A stretch of DNA of 64,000 nt from Pecten maximus (lineage: Eukaryota), in assembly GCF_902652985.1 (NCBI RefSeq), contig NC_047017.1, forward strand, positions 42,222,001 to 42,286,000, written 5' to 3'. Both the position numbers and the translations under genes were made by a program. Of this stretch, positions 63,701-64,000 are shown piece by piece. How positions within the stretch are numbered: position 1 is the first letter of the stretch; every line of letters begins with the position of its first letter. The notes under the pieces are model-generated. The model searched no databases and was not told the DNA's origin. It saw only the letters and a list, made by a program, of their open reading frames with translations.

Positions 63701-64000
63701 TAAGTACAAGTTGCAATGAATCAGTTATGGTTATATCCTATACATGAATCAATCAGTAGAAATTGGGGCAATTTGATGATTTTACTTCCAGGTATACTAG
63801 CACTGATGTCTTAGATCAGTAGCCGGCGTTTTACTGGTATCGGCCTCTTATACTTCATTCTGGACCCCTGACAGCTATATAAACAGTGTGAAATCGATTG
63901 ACTACACTATGGCGGACGGTGAGGGTAAATTATACAAAACTGGCGTTCCAAATGGCCTAAGAAGCAAATACGATAGCTTGTATGTGCTATTGGTAGCCAC

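Overview
AT-rich eukaryotic DNA with spliceosomal introns. The gene and repeat content points to a bivalve mollusc (inference). Left to right: (1) a two-exon orphan 7TM receptor gene (+, 2396-2898 joined to 15585-16035, 317 aa) whose 12.7-kb intron holds a TSD-flanked, poly-A-tailed L1/Tx1-type LINE (9081-15443); its ORF1 combines an RRM-like region, three CCHC knuckles and an SGNH esterase-like domain. (2) Two intronless, divergent nAChR-like Cys-loop channel genes (+, 17625-18891 and 23064-24311) that lack the canonical acetylcholine-site residues, separated by a decayed second Tx1-type LINE. (3) A 20-coding-exon minus-strand gene (63177 to 30910, about 1177 aa), reconstructed by hand from splice sites and phases, encoding signal peptide, five discoidin/F5-8C domains, a Thr-rich mucin stalk, a TM helix and a short tail. 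Its last three exons are tandemly duplicated, giving a second intact, phase-compatible terminal cassette (29210 to 27224). Its introns carry a young Mag-like Ty3/Gypsy element (39630-44650) inserted in a 21-bp satellite, a 4-kb 32-bp satellite and a TIR element. I found no prokaryotic features, CRISPR arrays, or tRNA/rRNA genes. All calls come from reading the sequence; no searches were run.
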